64,000 bases of DNA from Candidatus Eiseniibacteriota bacterium. Lineage in GTDB: Bacteria > Eisenbacteria > RBG-16-71-46 > SZUA-252. The translations under genes were made by a program, and so were the position numbers. Location of the stretch: positions 64,001-128,000 of the forward strand of contig JANMQV010000152.1 in the NCBI GenBank assembly GCA_031370645.1. The letters are read 5' to 3'. The stretch's first letter is position 1; each line of letters opens with the position of its first letter. The notes below the pieces were generated by a model. It did not search any database. It was given only the letters and a program-made list of their open reading frames with translations, and was not told where the DNA came from. Shown here piece after piece: positions 1 to 9,757 of the stretch.

Positions 1-2
1 TC

Positions 3-1643
3 TGGTGCGGCACGAACGCGGGGCTCTCGATCTTCGCCTCCGGAGTCTGGAGCGCGCGAAGTTCCATCGTCTCCGAGCGAGTGCAGGCGCTCCTGGTCGA
101 GCGCGACACGCTCTGGGTCGGAACGAAGACGGGACTTCGCGCCTACGCCGGTGGAGCCGTCGCGTCGCGCGGGCTGGCGATCGAGACGCTCGCGCTGGCG
201 GCCATTCCCGGCGGCGTCGGGCGCGGAACCACCATCGGCCCTTACCTCGAGTCGCCCGACGGCCTCGAGACATCGCTCGGGCTCGCCGGGCTTCCAATCG
301 CGCGCGTCCAAGTGATGACCGCGACCGGCTCCTCGCGCGTGGTGGCGGGGACCGCGACGGGCCTCGCGCGGCGCGTCGAGGGCGCGACCCCCTGGGAGCC
401 GATCCGGAGCGCCGGCCCCGAGTGGAACGGCGGCTCCCGCGTCTCGGCGGGAGGAGGAAACGTTTGGGTGACGCTCGGGAACGCGGTCCCGCCCGGATTG
501 GGTATCGGGAGCGTCATGCGCTACGACGGGACGTCGTGGTCGATCCTTACCAGCGCCTCGACGGGCGGCAATTTACAGGATGCGGGCGCCATCGGAGTCC
601 TGGCGGCGAGGGACGGCCGGCTCTGGGTCGGGCACTGCTGTTCGGGCTCGCTCGGGCCCTCGCGCCCTCGCGCCGATCGCTGGGATCCGGGCGCCGACGT
701 CTGGGATCGCCCCGCCGCCTATAACATCATCGCGCTCGCGCAGGCGCCCTCCGGCCGCGTCTTCGCCGCGGGCGTCGAATACGAGAACGGCCTCTATCTC
801 CTCGACGGGACGACGGCCGCGCTGCTCGATTCCCTCACGCCCGGGAACACGAACTCCGGGCTGAGCCGAAACAATCTCCGCGACGTCGCGTTCGATCCGT
901 CGGGTCGCGCCTGGATCGCGACGGTCGACAACGGCGTCGATCGCTGGAACGGAAACGGCACCGACGATCACGCCGACGACGGCTGGACGCACTTCGCGGG
1001 CATCGGCTTCCCGAGTCTCCAGACCACGGCGATCGCCGTCGTCGCCGGCAACGACGCGTGGGTCGGGACGCGAGGCGGAGCGGTTCGAATTGCGAACGAC
1101 GCGGTCGACCTCTTGGCCACGTCGCGCGCCAACAGCGCCATCGGCGGCGCGGAGGTGAACGACCTCGCGGTGGACGACGACCATGCCGTTTGGATCGCCA
1201 CCGCCGGCGGATTGACGCGGATCTCCCCCTCCGGGCAGATCGAGCGATTCGGCGCAGACGACGGGCTCGCGGACGAAGACGTGCTGGCGCTCTCGTGGGA
1301 CGGCGCACGCGAGATCCTCTGGGCGGTCACCGCCGGAGGGGTTTCGGAGATTCACCCCGCCCTCTCCACGCGCGCGTCGTTCGACGACGGGAGCTACGTC
1401 TATCCCAATCCCGCGACCGCGGCGAGCGCGCCGATTCGGCTGGGCGGCATCTCGGGCGAGATTCGCGGCGAGATCCGAGATCTCTCGGGAACGCGCATTC
1501 GTTCCTTTCACGCGAACCCCGTCGCCACCGCCGTCTGGGATCTCCGCGACGAGCAGGGATCGATCGTGGCTCCGGGAATCTATCTCGTGGTGCTCCGTCA
1601 GGGCGACCTGACGCGCGTGCTCCGCGTGGCGGTCACGCGATGA
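3..1643 (+). CDS. Beta-propeller (two-component regulator propeller/PorZ-like) protein with C-terminal FlgD-Ig/T9SS-type domain; 5' truncated
   Basis: Frame is open from base 3 (WCGTNAGLS...). Repeated LWVGT/WIAT-xxG-L blades; C-terminus YVYPNP...WDLRDEQGSIVAPGIYLV. Confidence 0.75.
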   Translation, partial: WCGTNAGLSIFASGVWSARSSIVSERVQALLVERDTLWVGTKTGLRAYAGGAVASRGLAIETLALAAIPGGVGRGTTIGPYLESPDGLETSLGLAGLPIARVQVMTATGSSRVVAGTATGLARRVEGATPWEPIRSAGPEWNGGSRVSAGGGNVWVTLGNAVPPGLGIGSVMRYDGTSWSILTSASTGGNLQDAGAIGVLAARDGRLWVGHCCSGSLGPSRPRADRWDPGADVWDRPAAYNIIALAQAPSGRVFAAGVEYENGLYLLDGTTAALLDSLTPGNTNSGLSRNNLRDVAFDPSGRAWIATVDNGVDRWNGNGTDDHADDGWTHFAGIGFPSLQTTAIAVVAGNDAWVGTRGGAVRIANDAVDLLATSRANSAIGGAEVNDLAVDDDHAVWIATAGGLTRISPSGQIERFGADDGLADEDVLALSWDGAREILWAVTAGGVSEIHPALSTRASFDDGSYVYPNPATAASAPIRLGGISGEIRGEIRDLSGTRIRSFHANPVATAVWDLRDEQGSIVAPGIYLVVLRQGDLTRVLRVAVTR

Positions 1644-1668
1644 CGCCGCGCGCGCTCTCCGACTCGCG

Positions 1669-2643
1669 ATGAAATTCGAGTCGCCGCTCGTCCTCGTTTC
1701 GCCTCCCGATCGCGAGCGCTGGGACGCGCTCGTCGCGGGCGCGCCGGGGGCGAGCTTCATCCACACACCGGCGTGGGCCAAACTCTGGACCGACGAATGG
1801 CCGGACTCCCGCTGGGAAGCGCTCGTGGTGGAGGAAGGGGGCGCCTACGCCGCGGGGCTCGGAGCGATCGTTCGGCGCCGCGGGCCGTTTCGCACGATCG
1901 ACGCCATGCCCTTCGCCACCTACGGCGGGCCACTCGTCCGAAAGGGACACCCCGACCCCCGCGGCCTCTCGACGGCGCTCCTCGAAGGATTCGCCCGATG
2001 GATCGGAGGCCCCTTCGTGCTCCGCGCTTCGCTGGCGTGGGAGCGGGGCGATCGCGACGCGTTTCCCGACCGCCTGCCTCCGCTCGAGTCGTTCACGCAC
2101 GTGCTGCCGCTGTCGGCGGATTACGAGGAGGTCGCGTCCCACTTCTCTCCCTCCACGCGACGGCTCGTTCGGCAGGCCGACGAGAGCGGCCTTTCGATCG
2201 AAACGGCCGACACGATCGAAAAGATCGGCGCCTTCTACGGCCTGGCCGTGGAAACCGTGCGGCGCCGCGGCGGCACGCCGAAGCCGCGATCGCTCTACGA
2301 ACGGATCTTTCACGATCTCGTCTCGAAGGGATCGGGACGCTATCACCTCGTCCGTCACGGCGAGAACGTGGTGGCGGGGAGCCTCCATTTTTTCCACGAG
2401 GGCGTGGCGACGAACTGGCTCCCGGTTTCGAGCGAGGCGGCGTGGCCGCTTCGGCCGAATAATTTCCTCATCGCCTCGATCCTCGAAACGCTGAGCGCCG
2501 CGGGCTACCTGGAATACAACTTCGGCGCCTCGCCCCCCGACGCCTCGGGTCTCATCCGCTACAAAGAGGGGTGGGGCGCGCGGAGCCGCCCCGTCCTTCT
2601 CGCGGGGCGCCGCTCGGGACTCCACCGGCGCTTCCGCCCGTAG
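1669..2643 (+). CDS. GNAT/FemAB-like acetyl- or peptidyltransferase
   Basis: PFATYGGP, RRLVRQA, YNFGAS...LIRYKEGWGA motifs. Confidence 0.75.
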   Translation: MKFESPLVLVSPPDRERWDALVAGAPGASFIHTPAWAKLWTDEWPDSRWEALVVEEGGAYAAGLGAIVRRRGPFRTIDAMPFATYGGPLVRKGHPDPRGLSTALLEGFARWIGGPFVLRASLAWERGDRDAFPDRLPPLESFTHVLPLSADYEEVASHFSPSTRRLVRQADESGLSIETADTIEKIGAFYGLAVETVRRRGGTPKPRSLYERIFHDLVSKGSGRYHLVRHGENVVAGSLHFFHEGVATNWLPVSSEAAWPLRPNNFLIASILETLSAAGYLEYNFGASPPDASGLIRYKEGWGARSRPVLLAGRRSGLHRRFRP

Positions 2644-2651
2644 GCCGACGC

Positions 2652-3794
2652 GTGCGGATCCTCCTCCTCGCGCACGCACCGTCGATCCACACGCAGCGCT
2701 GGGCGCGGTCGCTCGGGGCGCGGGGGCACGACGTGCGGCTTCTCTCGGTGACGCCGGCGCCGAGCGCGGCCGTCCCGGGCGAGCCGATCGGTTGGCGCGG
2801 CGCGCCGCTTCCGTTTCTCCGCTATGCCGCCGCGCGGGGAAAGGTGCGGCGCGTGCTCGAGTCGTGGAAGCCGGACGCGACGGTCGCGCACTTTCTTCCG
2901 AATTACGGGTTCCTCGCCATGCTCTCCGGCGCGCATCCCTTCGTGCTGACGGCGTGGGGCTCCGATCTCCTCGTGAACGCCCGCCGCTCGCCGTTTCACG
3001 AGGCGCGCGCTCGCGCGGTGCTGGGGCGCGCCTCGCTGATCCACGTCGATTCCGAGAATCTCGCCGTCGCCGCGCGGGCGCTTGGCGCCGAGCCCCACCG
3101 CCTCTGGATGCGCCCGTGGGGCGTGGAGGTGGACGCCCTCGCGCCCGCGTCGCCCTGGAATGAGCGACGCGTGCGCGCCGGCGCGATCCGCGTCCTCTGG
3201 AATCGGATGCTCGAACCGCTCTACGATCCCGAGACCTTGCTTCGGGCGCTCGAGGCGCTCCGACGGAGCGGCCGCGATGTACGAGCCACGATCGCGGGGG
3301 ACGGTCCGCTCCGTCCCGCGCTCGAGGTCGCTGCTGCGCGTCTCGGCCTCGCCGCGAACGTCCGCTTCACCGGGCGGGTGGACGAAGCGGCGATGCGCGC
3401 CCTCTACCGGGAACATGAGTTCTACGTCTCCATGTCCCGATCCGATTCCACTTCGCAGTCGCTCCTCGAGGCGATGGCGTCGGGGCTCTATCCGATTGTG
3501 AGCGACATCGCGGGGAACCTCCCCTGGGTGCGGGGCGCCGCGGCCGCGCGCGAAGCGGCGGGCGATGCGGGGCGCCTCGTGCCTTGCGGCGACGACCGTG
3601 CGTTGGCGGCGGCGATCATCGCGGCGGCCGACGATCCCGATGGCGCGGAACGAATCGCTCGAGGGATCGCGCGCGTTCGCGCGGAGGCGGACTGGAGAGA
3701 GACCGTGTCGCAATTCGAGGCGCGGCTCGCCCTGCTTTCGCGCGACGCCCGAAACGGCGCGGGAGCAGGACCCGGGGGAGCGAGCCGGGCATGA
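2652..3794 (+). CDS. Glycosyltransferase family 4
   Basis: GTG start at 2652 (VRILLLAHAPSIHTQRW), WGSDL, SQSLLEAMASG. Confidence 0.85.
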   Translation: MRILLLAHAPSIHTQRWARSLGARGHDVRLLSVTPAPSAAVPGEPIGWRGAPLPFLRYAAARGKVRRVLESWKPDATVAHFLPNYGFLAMLSGAHPFVLTAWGSDLLVNARRSPFHEARARAVLGRASLIHVDSENLAVAARALGAEPHRLWMRPWGVEVDALAPASPWNERRVRAGAIRVLWNRMLEPLYDPETLLRALEALRRSGRDVRATIAGDGPLRPALEVAAARLGLAANVRFTGRVDEAAMRALYREHEFYVSMSRSDSTSQSLLEAMASGLYPIVSDIAGNLPWVRGAAAAREAAGDAGRLVPCGDDRALAAAIIAAADDPDGAERIARGIARVRAEADWRETVSQFEARLALLSRDARNGAGAGPGGASRA

Positions 3795-5128
3795 AACGGC
3801 TTCTCGTCCTCGCCTACTTCTTTCCGCCCCTCGGCGGCGGCGGATGCCAGCGGACGCTCAAACTCGTTCGCTACCTCGAACCGAACGGATGGGTCTCCAC
3901 CGTGGTGACGGTGAAGGAACCCGACTACTGGATCCTCGACCCGACGCTCCTCGAGGAGATTCCCGCTTCGTGCGAGGTGGCCCGCGTGAGCGCGCTGACT
4001 TCGCAGCGTCTCCTCCGCCTCCTTGGGGGTGCGGGCGTTCAACTGGAGGAGCGACAGGGGACTCGGCGCGCGGGAGCCTTCCGCGCTCTGAGACGCCTGC
4101 AGCAATTCGTCGCGATCCCCGACGGCTATCGCCCCTGGGCGCGCGCCGCCGAGCGCGCCGCCGCTGCGCGCCTCGCGAAGGGAGGCATCGACGCGCTCTG
4201 GACCACGTCGTCGCCCGAGAGCGCGCATCTCGCCGGCCTCGCGCTGAAACGGAAATTCGCGCTCCCGTGGATCGCCGACTTTCGTGATCCGTGGGTCGGG
4301 CGCGTCACCTATGCGCCTCCCACCGCGTGGCACGATCGCCGGCACCGCGCGCTCGAACGTGAAGTCGTCGCCACCGCCGATCGCGTCACTGTCGTGAGCG
4401 AAGCCATGGCGGCGCGGTTCCGGGAGCGCTATCCCGCGCTCGGCCCCGCGCACTTCGTCGTGCTTCCGAACGGATACGACCCCGACGACTGGGCGCGTGT
4501 CGCGCGACTCCCGTTGTCGCTCGAGCCGGACGCGGCTCGTGAGGCCGACGCGCGGCGTTTCGTCGTGCTTCATGCCGGCCAGCTGGCGCATCGCCCCACC
4601 GTCGGCGACCTGCTCGCCGCCGTGGCCCGCCTCGTGGAGGAATCGCCCGCACGCCGGAAGACGCTTCGGCTCCGTTTCATGGGTGGAAACGAAGGGCTCG
4701 ACGCGGCGACCGTGGCGCGGAAGGGGCTCTCGGAGGTCGTGGATCTTCTGCCGTCGCGTCCCCACCTCGAGGCGATGGCGGCCATGAGGCGGGCGAATCT
4801 CCTTGTCCTCTTGGGCCATGGCGGAGAGGCCGATTCCCAACTCTACACGGGGAAAATCTACGAATACCTCACGAGTGGAACGCCGCTTGTCGGCGTCCTC
4901 GGCCCAGGCCCGGCCAGCGACCTCATCTCCCGAGCGGGAGGCGGCCGCGCGTGTCTTCCAGGGGACGTAGATGGCGTCTGTTCCGCGATTCGATCCCCCC
5001 TGGAGGCCTGGGAACGACATGAAAAGCGGCAGGACCTCCCACTTCCAGCGATCGCCGTCGAGTGGGAGCGCCGAACCATGGCCCGGCAGGCCGCCGAACT
5101 CCTCGATTCAGTCCATTCCAAGCGCTAG
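3791..5128 (+). CDS. Glycosyltransferase family 4
   Basis: MKRLLVLAYFFPPLGGGGCQR, WIADFRDPW, GKIYEYL; ATGA overlap with the upstream gene. Confidence 0.85.
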   Translation: MKRLLVLAYFFPPLGGGGCQRTLKLVRYLEPNGWVSTVVTVKEPDYWILDPTLLEEIPASCEVARVSALTSQRLLRLLGGAGVQLEERQGTRRAGAFRALRRLQQFVAIPDGYRPWARAAERAAAARLAKGGIDALWTTSSPESAHLAGLALKRKFALPWIADFRDPWVGRVTYAPPTAWHDRRHRALEREVVATADRVTVVSEAMAARFRERYPALGPAHFVVLPNGYDPDDWARVARLPLSLEPDAAREADARRFVVLHAGQLAHRPTVGDLLAAVARLVEESPARRKTLRLRFMGGNEGLDAATVARKGLSEVVDLLPSRPHLEAMAAMRRANLLVLLGHGGEADSQLYTGKIYEYLTSGTPLVGVLGPGPASDLISRAGGGRACLPGDVDGVCSAIRSPLEAWERHEKRQDLPLPAIAVEWERRTMARQAAELLDSVHSKR

Positions 5129-5217
5129 CCTCCGCCTTCCTCCCCACGATTTCCCCCCCCTTCCGTAAGCCTTTGGACTCCATGGAAATAAAATTTCATT
5201 TTTTCTAGGATTCCGCG

Positions 5218-5246
5218 TTGACACCCCCTATCGGGATGCCTAGGAT
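5218..5246 (+). promoter_or_regulatory. Sigma70 promoter of the dcw operon
   Basis: TTGACA-N17-TAGGAT, preceded by an AT-rich UP-like tract at about 5184-5205. Confidence 0.8.
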
Positions 5247-5254
5247 GCGCGCTG

Positions 5255-5280
5255 GTGGAGGGAAGTGGGGAATTGTGGGG
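5255..5280 (+). promoter_or_regulatory. MraZ operator (GTGG direct repeats)
   Basis: GTGGAG, GTGGGG and GTGGGG at 5255, 5265 and 5275, an exact 10-bp period just downstream of the -10. Confidence 0.75.
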
Positions 5281-5346
5281 GGATGAGCTGGTGGCCTTCC
5301 CACCTGCTCCCAAGGGCACTCAGAGGCGACACGGGCGAGTCAGGGG

Positions 5347-5787
5347 ATGGCGACGTTCCGCGGTAGCTACGAACACACCATTGATCACAAGGGGCGCGTC
5401 AGCATTCCGGCGCGCTTCCGCCGCCAGTTGTCCGGTGACGCGAACGAGACGTTTGTCGTTCTCCGCGGCCTCGACACCTGTGTCGCGCTCTATCCCGCCG
5501 ACGAGTTCCGCCGACTCGAAGAACGCCTTCGCGCCCGCTCGTTCACCGACGAGACGACGCGTCGTTTTCAGCGGCTCCTCTTCCACGATTCGCGCGACGA
5601 GACGCTCGATGCGCAGGGACGCGTGGCGCTTCCGCCCGCGCTCATCACGCACGCCGAACTGAAGCACGGCGTGCTCGTGAAGGGCGTGCTCGACCACATC
5701 GAAATTTGGAATCCCGACACCTACGAGCGCTATGTCGGCGCCTCGAATCGAACATACGAAGAAATCGCGGGAGAACTCCTACTGTGA
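5347..5787 (+). CDS. mraZ: Transcriptional regulator MraZ
   Basis: FRGSYEHTIDHKGRVSIPARFR, LDAQGRV, IEIW. Confidence 0.97.
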   Translation: MATFRGSYEHTIDHKGRVSIPARFRRQLSGDANETFVVLRGLDTCVALYPADEFRRLEERLRARSFTDETTRRFQRLLFHDSRDETLDAQGRVALPPALITHAELKHGVLVKGVLDHIEIWNPDTYERYVGASNRTYEEIAGELLL

Positions 5788-6236
5788 TCGCCGCCACGCT
5801 TCGCCGCGACCGGACTTCGGTCGGAGAACACCCGACCTACCAGTGGGACGCCGCGCTCGACGCCGGCGCGCGCACGATCCGGCTCTACGGCCGCCTCGGC
5901 GAGCGCGAACTTCGCCGCGTGCTCGACGCGATCGTGGAGCGAGCCCGTTCGCCGCGCGACACGGTGCACGTCGATTTCTCCGGCGTCTCGCACGTCGACT
6001 TCCGAGCCGTCGCGGAGTTCTTGGCGGCGCTCGGACGCCTTCGCGATCGAAGCGCGGCGATCTGGATCGTCGGGGCATCGCCCTACATTCGGCAGCTCAT
6101 GGACGTCTCGGGTGAGGGGTCGCTGCGGCGAGCGCTCTCCCCAGACGTGGGACCCGCGGCAAGTGCGGCCCGGCCGGGAGGAGACGAACTCCGCGCGGCC
6201 GAGCGGCGCGCGCTTCGAGCGGGCACCTGGAACTAG
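5784..6236 (+). CDS. STAS-domain (anti-sigma antagonist-like) protein
   Basis: IRLYGRL...VHVDFSGVSHVD...IWIVGASPYIRQLMDVSG STAS pattern; GTGA overlap with the mraZ stop. Confidence 0.7.
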   Translation: MIAATLRRDRTSVGEHPTYQWDAALDAGARTIRLYGRLGERELRRVLDAIVERARSPRDTVHVDFSGVSHVDFRAVAEFLAALGRLRDRSAAIWIVGASPYIRQLMDVSGEGSLRRALSPDVGPAASAARPGGDELRAAERRALRAGTWN

Positions 6237-6259
6237 ACGGACCGACGGGGAACGGAGCG

Positions 6260-7198
6260 ATGTCCGGGCACGTCCCGGTCCTCCTCCTCGAAGCGGTCCG
6301 GCTTCTCATCACCGATTCACGCGGCACCTACGTCGACGTCACGCTCGGCGGCGGCGGGCACTCGGTGGCTTTACTGCACGAGGTGGGAATGGATTCGAGG
6401 CTGGTAGGGATGGATTGCGACCCAGCGGCGGTGGAACGCGCGCGCCGGACGCCGCCTGCCCTGGCCCCACGTTTCACCGCCGTCCGTGCGCGCTTCTCCG
6501 AACTGGAACGCGCTCTCGAGTCGCTCGGCATCGCCGAGGTGGACGGGATCCTCGCCGATCTCGGCATCTCCTCGACACAGCTCGACGATCCGGTCCGCGG
6601 TCTGTCGTTCGACCGTGAGGGGCCGCTCGATATGCGTCTCGACCCATCCCGCCCCGATTCCGCCGACTCCCTGATCTCCAAGGTGGACGACGAAACGCTC
6701 GTGCGGTGGCTCTCCGAGTATGGCGAGCTTCCCCGCGCGCGCGCCGCGGCCCGCGCCATCCGCCGCCAGCGCCACGCCCAGGGACATCTCACGACGCGCG
6801 GGCTCCGCGACGCGCTGGAGCCGCTCTACCCCGGCCCGTCACGCCACCGCCGTTTGGCTCAGGCGTTCCAGGCGCTCCGCATGGCGGTCAATCACGAGCT
6901 CGAGGAGCTTCGCGCGCTGCTCGACGCGGCCGCGCGGATCGTCCGGCCCGGCGGGACGCTCGTCGTCATCGCCTACCACTCGATCGAGGACCGGATGGTA
7001 AAGCAGGCCTTCCGGCCGCCACGCCCGTTCGAGATATGGGAAGAGCCGGCGCCCGAGCCGTGGGAGCCGATCACGCCGAAACCGATCCGTCCCGATGACT
7101 CCGAAGTTCACGACAACCCTCGCGCGGGAAGCGCGCGCCTGCGGGCGGCTCGCCGCCGCCCCGGCGTGGCGGCGCCCGTGCGCCGCGAGGAGGCCTGA
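6260..7198 (+). CDS. rsmH: 16S rRNA m4C1402 methyltransferase
   Basis: HVPVLL, DVTLGGGGHS, DLGISSTQLD, PLDMR, NPRAGSARLR. Confidence 0.97.
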   Translation: MSGHVPVLLLEAVRLLITDSRGTYVDVTLGGGGHSVALLHEVGMDSRLVGMDCDPAAVERARRTPPALAPRFTAVRARFSELERALESLGIAEVDGILADLGISSTQLDDPVRGLSFDREGPLDMRLDPSRPDSADSLISKVDDETLVRWLSEYGELPRARAAARAIRRQRHAQGHLTTRGLRDALEPLYPGPSRHRRLAQAFQALRMAVNHELEELRALLDAAARIVRPGGTLVVIAYHSIEDRMVKQAFRPPRPFEIWEEPAPEPWEPITPKPIRPDDSEVHDNPRAGSARLRAARRRPGVAAPVRREEA

Positions 7199-7199
7199 G

Positions 7200-7670
7200 G
7201 TGAGTGGCTACCTCCGTCGCTACCGCCTCGAACCGCGCCGTGGACACGGCCGTCTCGTGGCCTGCGTTCTTCTCCTCATGGCCGTCCTCTTCGCGAAAGT
7301 CTGGCAGTCGACGGCCGCGAATTCGCTCTCGATGGAGCGCGACCGCCTTCGCCGCGAGGTGCGCGTGCTGGAGAACCGGATTCGCCTCTCCTCCGAACTC
7401 CGCATCCAGGCCGCGCTCCGCGAGGGGCTCGATCATCGGGCGCTCACGGCGCTCGGCTTTCAGAATCCCGACCCGGCCGTCGTCGTGAACATCGAACTGA
7501 GCGACGCGGCGCCCCTCGGTCCCCGAGCAAGTGACGGCGTCGCCGCGCGATTCAGCGGATTCCTCCGCGGCTTCCAGGGCACGCGCGACCGACGAGCCGA
7601 CGAGGCCCGCGCCATCGAGGTTTCCACGGAGATTCCCACCGACGCAAACGCCGACGAGGGGTCCCGATGA
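7200..7670 (+). CDS. ftsL: FtsL-like cell division protein
   Basis: Position between rsmH and ftsI; basic N-terminus, one TM helix, coiled coil. Confidence 0.65.
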   Translation: MSGYLRRYRLEPRRGHGRLVACVLLLMAVLFAKVWQSTAANSLSMERDRLRREVRVLENRIRLSSELRIQAALREGLDHRALTALGFQNPDPAVVVNIELSDAAPLGPRASDGVAARFSGFLRGFQGTRDRRADEARAIEVSTEIPTDANADEGSR

Positions 7671-9757
7671 TTCCGCGCGACCGAAATCGCCTTCGCGCGA
7701 TCGCGCTCCTCGGGCTCGTGGCCTTCGCCGTGCTCTTCGCGCGTTTGGTTCAGATCCAGTTGGTCGGCCACGAGCGATACGCGCGCGACGCCCGCTCCCA
7801 GCAGACGCGTCGCGTCATCTTGGAGCCGGAGCGGGGAAGAATTTTCGACCGCCACCTCCGTCCGCTCGCGGAGAACGTCGACCTGAGCCAGATTTCGGTT
7901 CGTCCCGGCGAGATTCGGAACGCCGGCGCCGTGGGCGATTTCCTCCGGCAAACGACCGGCGCCCCGGGGCTCCGGAAGCTCAAACTGGGGCGCGCGAATC
8001 ACCGCGTCTACGTCCGCATCGCCGCCCAGCTGAAGCCGGAGCAGGAACTCGCGCTGAAGACGACGAAACTCCCCGAGGGGATTCACGTCGAGCAGGTGCC
8101 GGGCCGCGTCTACCCGCTCGAGGACGTCGCCCGTTCGGTCCTGGGCGTCGTGGGGAATGAAGGGCACGGCCTCGAAGGGCTGGAGCAGGTCTTCGACCGC
8201 GAACTGCAAGGGAAGCCGGGCTGGGCCACGCTCTTCTCGGACGGTCGCGGAACGAACTACGAGTTGCCCCGAAGCATGGTGAAGCTGCCCGACTCGGGCG
8301 GAAGCCTCGTGACGACGATCGACCTCGATGCCCAGTCGGTGGCCGTCATGAAGCTCCGCGAAGCCGTGGCGCGGACCGGATCGAAGAGCGGCACGGCGGT
8401 CTTCGTCGATCCGAAGACGGGCGACATCCTGGCAATGGCAACGGTCGATGGCCCCGCGGCCGGGGGCGCTCCGAACCGAAACCGCGTCGTGGCCGACCAG
8501 TACGAGCCGGGTTCCACGTTCAAGATCCTCGCCGGCTGTGCCGCCATCGAGGAGAAGCTCTTCTCCGACCAGGAATCGATTTGGGTCTACCAGGGGAAGA
8601 TCGACTTCGGCGGCTTCTCGATCCACGACTCCCATCCGGAGACCGGGTGGTACACGCTTCGCCGCGCGACCTCGCACTCGAGCAACGTCGTCTACTCCCA
8701 GGTCGGAACGCGCGTGGGCGCGGAGCGGCTCTACCGCTACGCGCGGCTTTTCGGATTCGGACAACCGACGCGCGTACAGCTCCCGGGCGAAGCGCCGGGC
8801 GTGGTGCGCGAACCGTCGCGCTGGTCGAAGCGCTCCCTTGCGACGATCTCGATCGGCCACGAGGTGCTCGTGACGCCACTCCAGGTGGTGATGGCCTACG
8901 CCGCCGTCGCGAATGGAGGGATGCTCCTTCGCCCCCGCATCGCGAGCGCGATCGTGGACGACGAAGGCGAGCTGATCCGCGAGGTGCCGGTGGAGCCGGT
9001 CCGGCGCGTGATCTCCGAAGCGACGGCGAGGAAGTTCCGCTCCTTCCTCCGCGAGGCGGTAACCGATGGGACGGCCGCCGAGGCGGCGCTCCCCTGGTGC
9101 GAGGTGGCGGGAAAGACGGGAACGGCGCAGAAGACGGTGGAAGGGACGAAGGGGTACGGCGCGGGGCGTTACATGGCCTCATTCGTCGGGATGGTGCCGG
9201 CCGACGATCCGAAGGTGGTCGGGCTCGTCGTCCTCGACGAACCGCGCGGCGCCTATTACGGCGGCGAAATCGCCGCACCGGTGTTCCGAGAAATCATCGC
9301 GGCTTGGGCGGTGCAGGGGCGCGGGCCGTTGACGATGCCGACTTCGGAGTTGGTGCGCGCGGACGAACCGCCCTCCTCCTCCGAGCGCGTTCCCGACGTC
9401 CGCCTTCTGGCGCCGGGCCGCGCGCGCGAGCTCTTGGGGCGCGGTGGATTCGATGTACGCGTGACCGGCGACGGCGCGCGAGTCCTGGCGCAGGATCCGG
9501 CGCCGGGCGAAGCCGCAAGGAGGGGCGCGACGGTTTCGCTCACGCTCGCCTCGGCGACGGAGACGGGTGAGGTCGTGATGCCCGACCTCCGCGGGCTCTC
9601 GGTGCGGGAGGCCATCACGCAATTGCGCGCGCTGGCCATTCCCGTCGGGCGCGTGCGGGGATCGTCGGGACGGGTGGTGGAGCAGTCTCCCGAGCCGGGG
9701 CGGGTCGTGCGCCGCGAGACGCGAGCCGTCTTGACGCTCGAGCCGCGGGGCGCGTGA
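7667..9757 (+). CDS. ftsI: Class B PBP FtsI with two PASTA domains
   Basis: EPGSTFK (SxxK), SSN, KTGT; VPDV and MPDL PASTA repeats. Confidence 0.95.
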   Translation: MIPRDRNRLRAIALLGLVAFAVLFARLVQIQLVGHERYARDARSQQTRRVILEPERGRIFDRHLRPLAENVDLSQISVRPGEIRNAGAVGDFLRQTTGAPGLRKLKLGRANHRVYVRIAAQLKPEQELALKTTKLPEGIHVEQVPGRVYPLEDVARSVLGVVGNEGHGLEGLEQVFDRELQGKPGWATLFSDGRGTNYELPRSMVKLPDSGGSLVTTIDLDAQSVAVMKLREAVARTGSKSGTAVFVDPKTGDILAMATVDGPAAGGAPNRNRVVADQYEPGSTFKILAGCAAIEEKLFSDQESIWVYQGKIDFGGFSIHDSHPETGWYTLRRATSHSSNVVYSQVGTRVGAERLYRYARLFGFGQPTRVQLPGEAPGVVREPSRWSKRSLATISIGHEVLVTPLQVVMAYAAVANGGMLLRPRIASAIVDDEGELIREVPVEPVRRVISEATARKFRSFLREAVTDGTAAEAALPWCEVAGKTGTAQKTVEGTKGYGAGRYMASFVGMVPADDPKVVGLVVLDEPRGAYYGGEIAAPVFREIIAAWAVQGRGPLTMPTSELVRADEPPSSSERVPDVRLLAPGRARELLGRGGFDVRVTGDGARVLAQDPAPGEAARRGATVSLTLASATETGEVVMPDLRGLSVREAITQLRALAIPVGRVRGSSGRVVEQSPEPGRVVRRETRAVLTLEPRGA

